A stretch of DNA of 64,000 bases. Source: Buchnera aphidicola (Periphyllus aceris). Lineage in GTDB: Bacteria; Pseudomonadota; Gammaproteobacteria; Enterobacterales; Enterobacteriaceae. The notes beneath the pieces are model-generated. The model did not search any database and was not told where the DNA came from. It saw only the letters and a program-made list of their open reading frames with translations. The position numbers were made by a program, and so were the translations under genes. The stretch spans positions 21,152-85,151 of the forward strand of contig JAAMXG010000001.1 in NCBI GenBank assembly GCA_011754245.1. The letters are read 5' to 3'. Below, in pieces: positions 41,536 through 52,305 of the stretch. How positions within the stretch are numbered: position 1 is the first letter of the stretch; each line of letters starts with the position of its first letter.

Positions 41536-43662
41536 TTAAGATTTATGACAAGACTGAAGTACTGTTAAAGCTATTGTATATAAAATATCTTCTACAGAAG
41601 CCCCTCTTGAAAGATCATTTACTGGTTTTTTTAAACCTTGTATCATAGGACCTATAGAAAATATTGAACAATTTCTTTGAACTGCTTTATAACAAATATT
41701 TCCACTATTTAAATCTGGGAAAATAAATATATTAGCATTTCCTAATATTTTAGATTCTAAAAACTTTATTTTAGATACATTTTTATCTGTTGCTGCATCA
41801 TATTGTATAGGTCCTTCTATTATTAGATCTGGTCTTTTTTTACGAACTAGTTCAGTTGCAATTTTTACTTTATCCACCATGGGTCCAGATCCAGAATCAT
41901 TTGTAGAATATGAAAGCATTGCTATCTTAGGTAAAATTCCAAAAATTTTTGCAGATTCCGAAGATTGTATAGCAATTTCAGCTAAATCTAATGCACTAGG
42001 ATTAGGGTTAATGGCGCAATCTCCATATATTAAAACTTTTTCTGGAAATAACATAAAAAATATTGAAGAAATTAAACGTACATTACTATTCATTTTAACT
42101 ATTTTTAATGCAGGACGTATAACATTCGCTGTAGTATTAACAATTCCTGCAACTAATCCATGACATTTTTTATTAGTTATTAAAATTAACATTGATAAAA
42201 CAATAGTATTTTTTTTAAGAATTTTTTTACATTCATATATAGTTAAAGTATTATAAATATCTTTTAAAATTGTGATGTAATCTTTACTAATTTTTTTTGG
42301 ATCATAAATTTTAATTTTTTTAGGAAAAGATAATCCTAAAGATAAAAAATTTTCATAAATTTTATTAGGATTTCCTATAAGAATACATTTACAAATATTA
42401 AATTTATAACATAAATCTACTGCTTGAATAATTTTTTTATTTTCTCCTTCTGGAAATATAATTGTTCTAGTAAAACTTTTTGCTATTTTTTTCAGTTTAT
42501 AAAAAAAATTATATGAAGAAAAAATTTTATTTTTATTTAATTTTTGTAAAAAAAGTGAATTAATTTGTGTTGAATAAACAGAAAAACAAAATTTTTTAAC
42601 TGGATTTTTATTTAAACATATTTTTTTATTTAAATTATGAACCATATTTAAAGAATATAACAATAAAGATAAATTAATACTTGTAAAAAATATTGATATA
42701 CCGTTTTTTTTTATTTTTTTATAAATTTTATGTTTTAAAAAAAAAGATTGATTTTTCCCTACAAATAATAAAGAAAATTCATATTTTTTTTTAATTAAAA
42801 AAATTTTCTTTAAATAAGATAAATCTTTAAAACTAATAATTAATAAAACATTTTTATTTAAAGAATCTAAAATTTTAGTAAAATTTTTAGAAAATAAAAT
42901 TATTGAATTTATATTTATTAAATTTAAATTTGATTCAAATAAACTATGAGCACATACAAAATCCATAAAAATTTTTCTATCAATAGAAAAATTAATTTTA
43001 AACGAAGGAACGACTCCTAAAAAAGGAACTTTTTTATAAGAAAAAATATTTTTCTTAAAAAAATTATTTGTTTTTGTTATATTATTAAAATTTAATTCGT
43101 TAACATTATTTATGTTATTTAAAAATTTATTATCATCTGAATTAAAAATCACTCCTAAAATTTTTGAAAAATTATTTTTTATAAAAAAATTCTTTATTAT
43201 ATAAAATTTATAATTTAAATCTTTAAAAAAATTTTTTTTTGGAGTTATGACAAAAATTATTTCTGCATTTAAAATTCTTGCTATATCTAAATTTAACTGA
43301 TTAAAAAAAAATTGTGAATCATAATTTATACTTTGAATACCTTCTATTAAAATAGTTTGTTTATTATTACAATTGTAATATATATCAAGCAATTTTTCTA
43401 AATATATAGAATACATCTTTTTTTTAAATAAAATAGAAAAATCTTTTAAAAAAACTGATTTAATAAAATCTATAGATTGATTATTTTTTTTAAGATAAAA
43501 AATAGAATTTTTTTTAGAATTATTAATGATTGATTTATCTACAAAAGGACTCCAAAAACTAAATTCTTTATTTCTTTTTTTAAATAAATTAGATAAACTT
43601 AAAATAACAGATGTTAAATTTTTATTTTTCCCTATTGGAATTAAAATTATTTTTCGAGTCAT
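41536..43662 (-). CDS. pta: phosphate acetyltransferase
   Basis: 708 aa (E. coli class, long N-terminal domain). The C-terminal PTA_PTB domain is well conserved (IIFPEGENKKIIQA, GLVAGIVNTTANVIRPAL, YGDCAINPNP, PKIAMLSYST, GNANIFIFPDLNSGNI). Follows ackA. Confidence 0.93.
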   Translation of the reverse strand: MTRKIILIPIGKNKNLTSVILSLSNLFKKRNKEFSFWSPFVDKSIINNSKKNSIFYLKKNNQSIDFIKSVFLKDFSILFKKKMYSIYLEKLLDIYYNCNNKQTILIEGIQSINYDSQFFFNQLNLDIARILNAEIIFVITPKKNFFKDLNYKFYIIKNFFIKNNFSKILGVIFNSDDNKFLNNINNVNELNFNNITKTNNFFKKNIFSYKKVPFLGVVPSFKINFSIDRKIFMDFVCAHSLFESNLNLININSIILFSKNFTKILDSLNKNVLLIISFKDLSYLKKIFLIKKKYEFSLLFVGKNQSFFLKHKIYKKIKKNGISIFFTSINLSLLLYSLNMVHNLNKKICLNKNPVKKFCFSVYSTQINSLFLQKLNKNKIFSSYNFFYKLKKIAKSFTRTIIFPEGENKKIIQAVDLCYKFNICKCILIGNPNKIYENFLSLGLSFPKKIKIYDPKKISKDYITILKDIYNTLTIYECKKILKKNTIVLSMLILITNKKCHGLVAGIVNTTANVIRPALKIVKMNSNVRLISSIFFMLFPEKVLIYGDCAINPNPSALDLAEIAIQSSESAKIFGILPKIAMLSYSTNDSGSGPMVDKVKIATELVRKKRPDLIIEGPIQYDAATDKNVSKIKFLESKILGNANIFIFPDLNSGNICYKAVQRNCSIFSIGPMIQGLKKPVNDLSRGASVEDILYTIALTVLQSCHKS

Positions 43663-43705
43663 AAAAATCCTTAAAAAATTTAAAAAAAATAAAAATAAGT
43701 TTTTA

Positions 43706-44914
43706 TTATCTTATTAATTTAATTAATTTTTGAGTTTCTAAAGCAATAAATAATTCTTCATTTGTAGGTATCACAAGAATTGATCGAGATTTTTTTTTAT
43801 TAATAAAATAATTATTTTTGCTTACAGAAATATTTAAATTCTTATCTAAATAAAAACCGAGCAAACTTAATTTTGACACAACTTTCTTTCGAATTAACTG
43901 AGAATTCTCTCCAATTCCTCCAGTAAAAATTAATGCATCTAACCTATTTTCTAATAAAATACTATATGCACCAATATATTTTGATAATCTATAACAAAAC
44001 ATTTCTATTGCTAATTTTGATTGCTTACTTTTCTTAAAATTTTTTTCAGAATAACGACAATCACTACTTTTTTCACTAATGCCTAATAAACCGGATTTTT
44101 TTGTTAAAATTTCTTCAATTTTTTGTAAACTTAATCCTAATTTCGTATGCATAAAAAAAATTATAGCTGGATCTAAATCACCACTTCTAGTGCCCATCAT
44201 CAATCCTTCTAAAGGAGTTAATCCCATAGATGTATCGACAGATCTACCATTTTTAATAGCTGTAATCGAGGATCCATTTCCTAAATGACAACTAATAATA
44301 TTTAATGATTTTTCTGATTTCTTTAAAATTTTTGAAGATTTTTTCATAACATAATTATGACTAATTCCATGCGCACCATAACGTCTAATATTATATTTTT
44401 TGTAAAATTTATAAGGTATAGAATATAAATAAGATACTTTAGGTAAAGAGGAATGAAATGATGTATCAAAAACAGCTACATTTTTTTTAGATAAATGAGG
44501 AAAAAATTTCTTGGATATTTTAATCCCAATTAAATTAGAAGGATTATGTAACGGAGCAAAAATTGAAGATTTTTTAATTTCAAAAATAATTTTTTTATCT
44601 ATAATGGCAGACTGTGTAATATTTATTCCTCCATGAACAACCCTATGACCAATTCCATTAATTTTTTTATAATAATTTAAACATTTTTTTTTTATAAAAT
44701 TTAAAATAAAACTAAGAGCAAAAGAATGATCTGAAAAATCTGGTAAAATTTTTGTATAAATTTTTTTTAAAACATTAATTTTTACTCTAGTTTTGTTTAA
44801 AAATAAACATTCTACAACTCCAAAAATATATTTTTTATGAGATATAGGATTTAATATAGAAAACTTTAAAGAAGAACTTCCACAGTTTAAAACTAAAATA
44901 AGTTCTTTTTTCAT
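43706..44914 (-). CDS. ackA: acetate kinase
   Basis: 402 aa. LVLNCGSSSLKFS, GHRVVHGG, FDTSFH, RRYGAHGISH, SCHLGNGSS, GGIGEN motifs. Confidence 0.95.
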   Translation of the reverse strand: MKKELILVLNCGSSSLKFSILNPISHKKYIFGVVECLFLNKTRVKINVLKKIYTKILPDFSDHSFALSFILNFIKKKCLNYYKKINGIGHRVVHGGINITQSAIIDKKIIFEIKKSSIFAPLHNPSNLIGIKISKKFFPHLSKKNVAVFDTSFHSSLPKVSYLYSIPYKFYKKYNIRRYGAHGISHNYVMKKSSKILKKSEKSLNIISCHLGNGSSITAIKNGRSVDTSMGLTPLEGLMMGTRSGDLDPAIIFFMHTKLGLSLQKIEEILTKKSGLLGISEKSSDCRYSEKNFKKSKQSKLAIEMFCYRLSKYIGAYSILLENRLDALIFTGGIGENSQLIRKKVVSKLSLLGFYLDKNLNISVSKNNYFINKKKSRSILVIPTNEELFIALETQKLIKLIR

Positions 44915-45009
44915 AAATATATACCAATAAGTTTAAATAAATAATAATATTTTTATTTAATTTAAAAAAAATATTAAATAAAATTTATAAAAATATAAAA
45001 TATAACAAA

Positions 45010-45822
45010 TTAATTTAAAGTAAAATCTTCATTTTTTATAGATTCAATTTTTAATCTAATAATATCATTAATTGGATCATTTGGGCATTTTTCAAGAAAA
45101 TAAAGTAAATCATTTCTTGCAACAGAATAACATTCTAATTGAGAATAAATTAATCCTCTATCTCGAATTTCATAAGGATTATTAGGTTCAATCTCTAATA
45201 ATATTTGACTAACTTTTAGGGCTAACTCTATTTTTTTTTCTTCTAACAATGAAGATTTTAAAATATTTAAAATTTTTTTAAAAATAATATTCGATTTAGA
45301 TTTTTCTATATATTTAAAATAATTTTTTTTAGAAAAATTTAAATTTCCTTTTAACCAAAGTTTTAATATATGATTATCTAAAAAATTTCCATTAAATGGA
45401 TTAATTAACAATACTTTTCTATCACTATAATCTTCAAACCGCAAAATAAATTGAGTTGGAAATAAAACAGGATTTAAATTGATCTTTAATTTTTTTGAAA
45501 AATATAATAAAATTATTCCTAAAGAAATGGCTGTTCCTTTACGAGTTTTTAAAACTTTATCTAACCATAATACATCGGACAAATTATATCTTCCAGTAAT
45601 TTCTCTAAAATTCCAATTAAAATAAAACAATTCTAATAATTTTTTTAACTTGTTTTGTTGATCTTCTTCATAATGAAGATATTTTTTAGCTTCAACTAAT
45701 TTATTTTTTAAATCAAGAATAAAAGAATCTTTAGAAAAATTTACTTTTATTTTTTCTAAAGATAATAAAAAAACTTCTAAAATAGTAATTTTAGAAAAAT
45801 CAATATTAGAAAAAAATTTCAT
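45010..45822 (-). CDS. sirB1: SirB1/YchA family protein (transglutaminase-like + TPR-like, function unknown)
   Basis: 270 aa. Position immediately after prfA-prmC as in E. coli (prfA-prmC-sirB2-sirB1). Central KTRKGTAISLGIILLYFSKKL...PTQFILRF pattern and C-terminal TPR-like RDRGLIYSQLECYSVARNDLLYFLEKCPNDP. Confidence 0.7.
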   Translation of the reverse strand: MKFFSNIDFSKITILEVFLLSLEKIKVNFSKDSFILDLKNKLVEAKKYLHYEEDQQNKLKKLLELFYFNWNFREITGRYNLSDVLWLDKVLKTRKGTAISLGIILLYFSKKLKINLNPVLFPTQFILRFEDYSDRKVLLINPFNGNFLDNHILKLWLKGNLNFSKKNYFKYIEKSKSNIIFKKILNILKSSLLEEKKIELALKVSQILLEIEPNNPYEIRDRGLIYSQLECYSVARNDLLYFLEKCPNDPINDIIRLKIESIKNEDFTLN

Positions 45823-45912
45823 ATTTTTACCAAAATAAAATTATAAATTAATTTTATAAAATATTTTTTAATTTGTTTTCTAAAAAATTTTAAAAAATAT
45901 TTTTAAATATAA

Positions 45913-46749
45913 TTAAAAGTTTAAATTTTGACCAATAGTTACTCTATTTATACCATTATAATCTTTATATGTTATAATATTATAATATTTATATTTTTTA
46001 AATAATTTCTGAACTTTTTTTATCTGATTCCAGCCATGTTCTATTAATAACCAACCTTTATTATTTAAATAATTTTTAGAATATTTTATAATTAGAATTA
46101 TATCAGACAATCCATTTTTTTTGGAAACTAATCCAAAAAATGGTTCAAAAAAAATATCTTTTTTTAGATATATAAAATCTTTAAAACTTATATAAGGAGG
46201 ATTACTAACAATCATATCATATTTTTTGTGATGGATAAAAGAAAACCAATTACTACAAAAAAAATTTATATTTTTTACATTTAAATTAATAGAATTATAC
46301 AAAGCTATTTTAATAATTTCATAAGAATAATCTATTCCCGTTAAATGACATTTAGGTTTAGAAAAAGCTATAGAAATAGCAATATTTCCACAACCAGTTC
46401 CTAAATCTAAAATATTTAAAGAAGAATTTTTTATTATTTTTAAAGATATTTCTACTAAAATTTCACTATCAGGTCTTGGAATAATTGTTTTAGAAGTAAC
46501 ATAAAAATTTAAAGACCAAAATTCTTTTTTTTTAATTAAATAAGAACAAGGTTCGAAATAAAATCTTTTTTCTACTAATTTATTTAATAAACATAAATTT
46601 TTATCATTTAAAATATAATTTTCAAAACATATAATCCAACTTCTAGGTTTTTTTAATATATAACTTAAAAAAATTTCTATATCTAATATAGAATTTTTAA
46701 TATTCTTTAAAATTTTTAAAGAATTTTTTTTCCACTCTTTAATTTTCAT
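45913..46749 (-). CDS. prmC: release factor glutamine N5-methyltransferase
   Basis: 278 aa. [19 protein letters not shown] motif and catalytic VSNPPYI. 4-nt overlap (ATGA) with prfA. Confidence 0.92.
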   Translation of the reverse strand: MKIKEWKKNSLKILKNIKNSILDIEIFLSYILKKPRSWIICFENYILNDKNLCLLNKLVEKRFYFEPCSYLIKKKEFWSLNFYVTSKTIIPRPDSEILVEISLKIIKNSSLNILDLGTGCGNIAISIAFSKPKCHLTGIDYSYEIIKIALYNSINLNVKNINFFCSNWFSFIHHKKYDMIVSNPPYISFKDFIYLKKDIFFEPFFGLVSKKNGLSDIILIIKYSKNYLNNKGWLLIEHGWNQIKKVQKLFKKYKYYNIITYKDYNGINRVTIGQNLNF

Positions 46750-47831
46750 TTATTATTCTCAGATAATTCAGAAAAAATTTTTGCTTGATGTTCTCTTAAA
46801 ATTGGTTTTATTAAAATATCTAAATTTCCTAATAAAATTTTATCTAATTTATATAAAGTTAAATTTATTCGATGATCTGTTACTCGATTTTGAGGAAAAT
46901 TATAAGTTCTATTACGATCTGAACGAGCACCACTTCCTAATAAATTTTTTTTTTTTAAAGACAACTCTTTTTTTTTTTTAATGTTGATAATATTTTGTAT
47001 TCTTGCTTGTAAAACATTTAATGCTTTAGCTTTATTCTTATGTTGAGAACGCTCATCTTGACATTCAACAGAAATTCCTGTTGGAATATGAGTAATTCTA
47101 ATAGCAGAATCAGTAGTATTCACATGTTGACCACCTGCTCCAGACGATCTAAAAGTATCAATTTTTAAATCTTTATTTTCAATTTTAATTGCTTCATCCT
47201 GAGGAAGTTCAGGAATTACTGCAATAATACATGTTGAAGTATGAATTCTTCCTTGAGTTTCAGTTTTAGGAACTCTTTGTACTCTATGTCCTCCAGATTC
47301 AAATTTTAAAAATCCAAATGATTTTTTTCCTATAACTTTAAAAATAATTTCTTTATATCCTCCTTTTTCTCCATTATGTGTATGTATTAAATCTATCTTC
47401 CAATTTTTTAATTCAGAATAACGAACATACATTCTATATAAATCTCCACAAAAAATTGAAGATTCATCTCCTCCTGAAGCAGCTCTAATTTCTATAAAAC
47501 AATTTAAAATATCTTTAGGATCAGAAGAAATTAAAGAAAAATAAATTTTTTCTTCAATTTTTTTTTTTTTTTTTTTTAAAATTTTAATATCTTCTAAAGC
47601 TAAAAAACGTATTTCTATATCTTTTAAAAGTTTTTTTGTATTATATATATCTAAATTATTTTTTTTCCACTTTTTAAAAAGAATAACTACAGTTGAAATT
47701 TTTAAATATTCACGAGATAAATTTAGAAAAAAATTTTTATTATTTATCGTGTGTTTATTAGATAAAGTCATTTCAATTTCATAAAATCTATGTTCTAAAA
47801 ATTCTAATTTTTTTAATATAGAAATTTTCAT
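46746..47831 (-). CDS. prfA: peptide chain release factor 1
   Basis: 361 aa. GGQ motif in [24 protein letters not shown]. Codon-recognition loop [14 protein letters not shown] (PxT). TGA stop. Confidence 0.96.
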   Translation of the reverse strand: MKISILKKLEFLEHRFYEIEMTLSNKHTINNKNFFLNLSREYLKISTVVILFKKWKKNNLDIYNTKKLLKDIEIRFLALEDIKILKKKKKKIEEKIYFSLISSDPKDILNCFIEIRAASGGDESSIFCGDLYRMYVRYSELKNWKIDLIHTHNGEKGGYKEIIFKVIGKKSFGFLKFESGGHRVQRVPKTETQGRIHTSTCIIAVIPELPQDEAIKIENKDLKIDTFRSSGAGGQHVNTTDSAIRITHIPTGISVECQDERSQHKNKAKALNVLQARIQNIINIKKKKELSLKKKNLLGSGARSDRNRTYNFPQNRVTDHRINLTLYKLDKILLGNLDILIKPILREHQAKIFSELSENNK

Positions 47832-48177
47832 ATTTTTTAAATAAACCTTTTTTTTTAAAAAAAAAACCTTTATGTTAATATAAATAAAAATTAATGAAAT
47901 TCAAAGTTTATTAATATTACAAATTTAATAATATCATTTTAAAAAAAATAAATATTTTAAATAATAAAAAAAATATAAAAATTAAATTTATAAAAATTTT
48001 TTAAATATATTTATTAAATAAATAATAAAATTATTATAATAAAAAATTTATTTTCAATGTAAATAGATAACTTTATTTATTAAAAAATTTAATTTTTATA
48101 TTTTTTTTATAACTATTAATAATTTTTAAAAATTTATTCTATTCTATAAATTATAAAAAAAATAATATAGGATTAAC

Positions 48178-49125
48178 ATGTCATATTTAAAATTATTTGC
48201 TGGAAATTCTATCCCAAAATTAGCAAATTATATTGTAAAAATTTTAAATTCAAATTTAGGAAAATCTACAGTCAAAAAATTTAGTGATGGAGAAATTAGT
48301 GTACGAATTAATGAAAATGTTAGAGGAGATGATATTTTTGTAATACAATCAATTTGTTTTCCTTCTAACGATAATTTAATGGAATTAATTTTAATAATCG
48401 ATTCACTAAAAAGAGCTTCTGCAGGAAGAATTACTGCAGTAATACCATATTTTGGATATTCCAGACAAGATAAACGAGTGCGATTAGCTAGAGTGCCTAT
48501 AACTGCAAAAATAATTGCAGATTTTTTATCAAATGTAGGAGTAGATAGAGTTTTAACTGTTGATCTTCATACAGATCAAATTCAAGGATTTTTTGATATT
48601 CCAATAGATAATATCTTTGGAAGTCTTATTTTATTAGAAGATATAATTAAAAAAAAAATAAATAAACCAATTATTGTATCACCAGATATTGGAGGAGTGA
48701 TTAGAGCAAGAACTATAGCAAAACATCTAAATAATTCAGATATTGCAATTATCGATAAAAGAAGAACTCATGCAAATATTTCTAAAGTTATGAATATTAT
48801 TGGAGATGTAAAAAATAGAGATTGTATATTAATTGATGATATGATTGATACAGGAGGCACATTATGTAACGCTTCGAAAGCGCTTAAAAAAAATGGAGCA
48901 AAAAAAATATTTGCATATGCAACTCATCCAGTATTTTCTGGAAATATTTTAAAAAATATTAAAAATTCTTATTTAAATGAAATAATTGTATGTGATACGA
49001 TTCCATTATCACAAAATTTTAAAAAAATACATAATGTCCGAACATTAACGCTAGCCCATATGCTCGCAGAAGCTATTAGAAGAATAAATAACGAAGAATC
49101 AATTTCAGCAATGTTTGAACATTAA
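48178..49125 (+). CDS. prs: ribose-phosphate pyrophosphokinase
   Basis: 315 aa, nearly collinear with E. coli Prs (KLFAGNS, RFSDGE-like [69 protein letters not shown]). Confidence 0.97.
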   Translation: MSYLKLFAGNSIPKLANYIVKILNSNLGKSTVKKFSDGEISVRINENVRGDDIFVIQSICFPSNDNLMELILIIDSLKRASAGRITAVIPYFGYSRQDKRVRLARVPITAKIIADFLSNVGVDRVLTVDLHTDQIQGFFDIPIDNIFGSLILLEDIIKKKINKPIIVSPDIGGVIRARTIAKHLNNSDIAIIDKRRTHANISKVMNIIGDVKNRDCILIDDMIDTGGTLCNASKALKKNGAKKIFAYATHPVFSGNILKNIKNSYLNEIIVCDTIPLSQNFKKIHNVRTLTLAHMLAEAIRRINNEESISAMFEH

Positions 49126-49166
49126 TTTAATATATCAAAAAATTATTTATATAACATAAAAAACTT

Positions 49167-49655
49167 TTATTTTTTTATTTTTTTGCTCATTTTATCAATA
49201 TATGCCATTCCAAAAGCTGAAAGAACAAAAGTTAAATGAATAATAACACATAAAATTATTTTATTATCTAAAACTTTTTCAGCTTCCATAAATAATCTTA
49301 ACAAATGAACTGAAGAAATAGCAACAATAGAAGAAGCAACTTTATTTTTAATTGAATTAACATCCATTGTTCCCATCCAACCTAATCTTTTTTTATTATC
49401 TTTAATATCCATTTTTGATATAAAATTTTCATATCCAGAAAACATAACCATTACCAGTAAACCACCCACTAAAGCAATATCAATTAAAGATAGTACCACT
49501 AAAACTAATCCAGATTCCGAAATAATTAATATTTCTGGAAGAATATATAATACTTCTTGAAAAAATTTTAAAGTCAATAAAATAAAACCAAGAGATAAAC
49601 CAAAATATACTGGAAACATAAACCATCGAGATGCATATATAATTTTTTCAATCAT
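49167..49655 (-). CDS. yqhA: UPF0114 inner-membrane protein YqhA (function unknown)
   Basis: 162 aa. [71 protein letters not shown] closely follow my recollection of E. coli YqhA. Confidence 0.85.
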   Translation of the reverse strand: MIEKIIYASRWFMFPVYFGLSLGFILLTLKFFQEVLYILPEILIISESGLVLVVLSLIDIALVGGLLVMVMFSGYENFISKMDIKDNKKRLGWMGTMDVNSIKNKVASSIVAISSVHLLRLFMEAEKVLDNKIILCVIIHLTFVLSAFGMAYIDKMSKKIKK

Positions 49656-49759
49656 TTATTTTTTTTTTTTTTCCTCAAAAAAAAATTATCCATATATTCT
49701 TAAATTTTTTAAAAAAAATAAAATAAAAAATTTATTTTTTTAAAAAAAAATATTTTTTT

Positions 49760-50221
49760 TTATAAAATATTTTTAAAAAAATATACAAATTTTATAGATA
49801 ATGGAATTAAAATAGAACCTCTTAAATAAAAAAAAATATTCAGGTGAACTATATCAGTAATAATGTATAAAAAAATATAAATTAATAAAAACCCTCGAAA
49901 TAAACCAAATAAAAAACCTAATATTAAATTATTAAAATAATAAACTCCAATTAATTTTATAAAATCTTTATAAAATAATGATAAAAAATATTCTAATGAT
50001 AAAATTAAAAAACCAAAAAACATAATAAACAAAAAAAGTTCTAAAAAAATATCACTAAAAAAACTAAATCCATCTATAATATAAAAATAAAAAATATAAA
50101 ATATAAAAAATCCAATACAAAAAACTAAAAAAGATATAGTTTCTTTTATAAATCCTCTAATTAAACCAATTAAACTAGAAAAAAAAATTATAAAAATAAT
50201 AAAAAAATCATACATATTCAT
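49760..50221 (-). CDS. cvpA: colicin V production protein CvpA family membrane protein
   Basis: N-terminus MNMYDFFIIFIIFFSSLIGLIRGFIKE parallels E. coli CvpA MVWIDYAIIAVIAFSSLVSLIRGFVRE. Multi-pass hydrophobic protein. The ORF track start 50233 is TTG; ATG 50221 matches E. coli length. Confidence 0.8.
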   Translation of the reverse strand: MNMYDFFIIFIIFFSSLIGLIRGFIKETISFLVFCIGFFIFYIFYFYIIDGFSFFSDIFLELFLFIMFFGFLILSLEYFLSLFYKDFIKLIGVYYFNNLILGFLFGLFRGFLLIYIFLYIITDIVHLNIFFYLRGSILIPLSIKFVYFFKNIL

Positions 50222-50461
50222 ATATTTATCCAAATTTTTTATTTATATTGTACTAAAATAATTTATTAAAAAATTTTAATATTTTTAAAAAATATTTTAA
50301 AAAAAAATATTTTTTTAATTAAAAAATTTCAATTTTGTAAACAAAATTTTTTCTTTTAAAAATTTTTTTTTTAAAAAAAATAAATTTTAATTTATTATTT
50401 TTTTTTAAAATTTAATAAAATATAAAAAAAAAAATTTTTAAAAAAATTTAATTTATATTTC

Positions 50462-50512
50462 CTAATATTTCAGAATTATTCAATCATTACATGATAATTA
50501 CTGAAATATTAG
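50462..50512. terminator. long hairpin downstream of nuoN (possible nuo operon terminator)
   Basis: CTAATATTTCAG-AATTAT (50462-50479) pairs with ATAATT-A-CTGAAATATTAG (50494-50512): 18 bp with one bulged base, 14-nt loop. There is no immediately adjacent U-run on either strand. Confidence 0.35.
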
Positions 50513-50849
50513 TTGGAAAATGATTACATGTAAAATTTCTTTATAAAAATTTAAAAAATATAAATATAATTTTTTTGAAATAAATTTCTTTAAATTTTTA
50601 TAAAAAAAAATAAAGTTTAAAAAATTACAAAAATTACTTCTTAAAATAAAATTTAATTAAAAAATTATTATTAAATTTTAAAAAACTTTCAAAATAAAAT
50701 TAAAAAATTAAAATATATTAAAAGTTTTAAAAAATATTATAAAAAATTTAAAAAAATAAGTATTAAATATTATTATTTTTAAAAATAAATAATCAAAATC
50801 TTAAAAAATTTAAAAAAAAGTAAATTTTTAAACAAAAAAATTTAAAAAA

Positions 50850-52292
50850 TTAAATAGATAAGAAAAAATTTGGAAAAATACCAATAAAAACTATTAATAA
50901 AGAACATAAGAAAATAGTAATTTTTAAAAATTTATATAAAATTGTTTCCTGAGAAAAAATTTTAAAATATTCTTTTTTTGGTTTATAAAAAAATAATTTA
51001 ATAAAATTTAAACAGTAAAATAAACCTATAACACTTTCAAAAATAACAATCAAACTAAATAAAATATTAAATTTTTTAATTATTAATTTCAACAAATAAA
51101 ATTTTCCAAAAAAACCAATTGTTAAAGGAAAACCTATCATTGATAATAACGAAATAATTATAGAAATAGACAAAATTTTACTCTTCCAAAAACAACCTTT
51201 ATAACTTTTAAAAGAATGAGAATTTTTATCTCTAAATAAAATTGAGATTAAATAAATAGAACTAAATAAAACAAAACTATTTAAAAAATATCCAAAAAAA
51301 TAAATCTTAGAGACATCTTGATATAAATTATTCTTACATAAAAACATTGAAATAATAATTAAATATCCAGAATTAATAAGAGTTGTATAACCAATTAACC
51401 TTTTAAAATTTTTTTGAAACAATGCTAAAATACTTCCTAAAAATATAGAAAAAATAAAAATTATTTTTAAAATACTTTTAAATAAAATAAAATTTTTATT
51501 AGAAAATAAGAAAAATAATTTTAATAACACAATAAATAAAACTGTTTTTATAGAATTAGATAAATATATTAAAACTGGTAAAGAATTTCCTTCATAAATA
51601 TCAGGAACCCATAAATAAAAAGGAAAAACAACTAATTTAATAAATAACGAAATACATGAAAAAATTAATCCAAAGAAAAATAATAAATTTATAGATTTTG
51701 ATAAAGAAAAACTAAAAGACTTAAGTAAAAAAAAATCTAAAATTCCAGATGAAAGATATATTAAAGCAATTCCCAATAATAAAAAAATAGAAGAAATGCT
51801 AGATAAAATAAAATATTTAAAAGCAGATTCTAAATTTTTAAAATTTTTTGATGAATGATAACTCATCATCCCAAATAAAGGAAAAGATAGTAATTCTATT
51901 CCAATAAAAAAAGAAAAAATATTATCAGATAAAAATAATACATAACCACCTATGTTAGAAATTAATAATAATAAATAAAATTCTTCTTTATTAAAAGATT
52001 TACTTCTTAACCAAATATAAGACATAACACATGTACTAATACTTCCAAGAAAAAATAAAAAAATATAAAAAATACTAAAAGATTTAGAAAATAAAAAACA
52101 TTCTAAATTCGTATGAATATCTTGCATGAAAAAAACATAAGACAAAAACGCACCAAATAAACCTGAAAAAGTTACTAAAAAAGATAAAAAAAAATCTCTC
52201 TTACAAATAATAATAAATAAATTTAATACAATTGAAAAAGACAAAATAAGTAAAGGAATAATTAAAAAAAATTGTTTTAACATAGAAATCAT
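50850..52292 (-). CDS. nuoN: NADH-quinone oxidoreductase subunit N
   Basis: 480 aa polytopic antiporter-like protein at the end of the nuo operon, in the conserved L-M-N order. Confidence 0.88.
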   Translation of the reverse strand: MISMLKQFFLIIPLLILSFSIVLNLFIIICKRDFFLSFLVTFSGLFGAFLSYVFFMQDIHTNLECFLFSKSFSIFYIFLFFLGSISTCVMSYIWLRSKSFNKEEFYLLLLISNIGGYVLFLSDNIFSFFIGIELLSFPLFGMMSYHSSKNFKNLESAFKYFILSSISSIFLLLGIALIYLSSGILDFFLLKSFSFSLSKSINLLFFFGLIFSCISLFIKLVVFPFYLWVPDIYEGNSLPVLIYLSNSIKTVLFIVLLKLFFLFSNKNFILFKSILKIIFIFSIFLGSILALFQKNFKRLIGYTTLINSGYLIIISMFLCKNNLYQDVSKIYFFGYFLNSFVLFSSIYLISILFRDKNSHSFKSYKGCFWKSKILSISIIISLLSMIGFPLTIGFFGKFYLLKLIIKKFNILFSLIVIFESVIGLFYCLNFIKLFFYKPKKEYFKIFSQETILYKFLKITIFLCSLLIVFIGIFPNFFLSI

Positions 52293-52305
52293 TATATATT
52301 TTACC

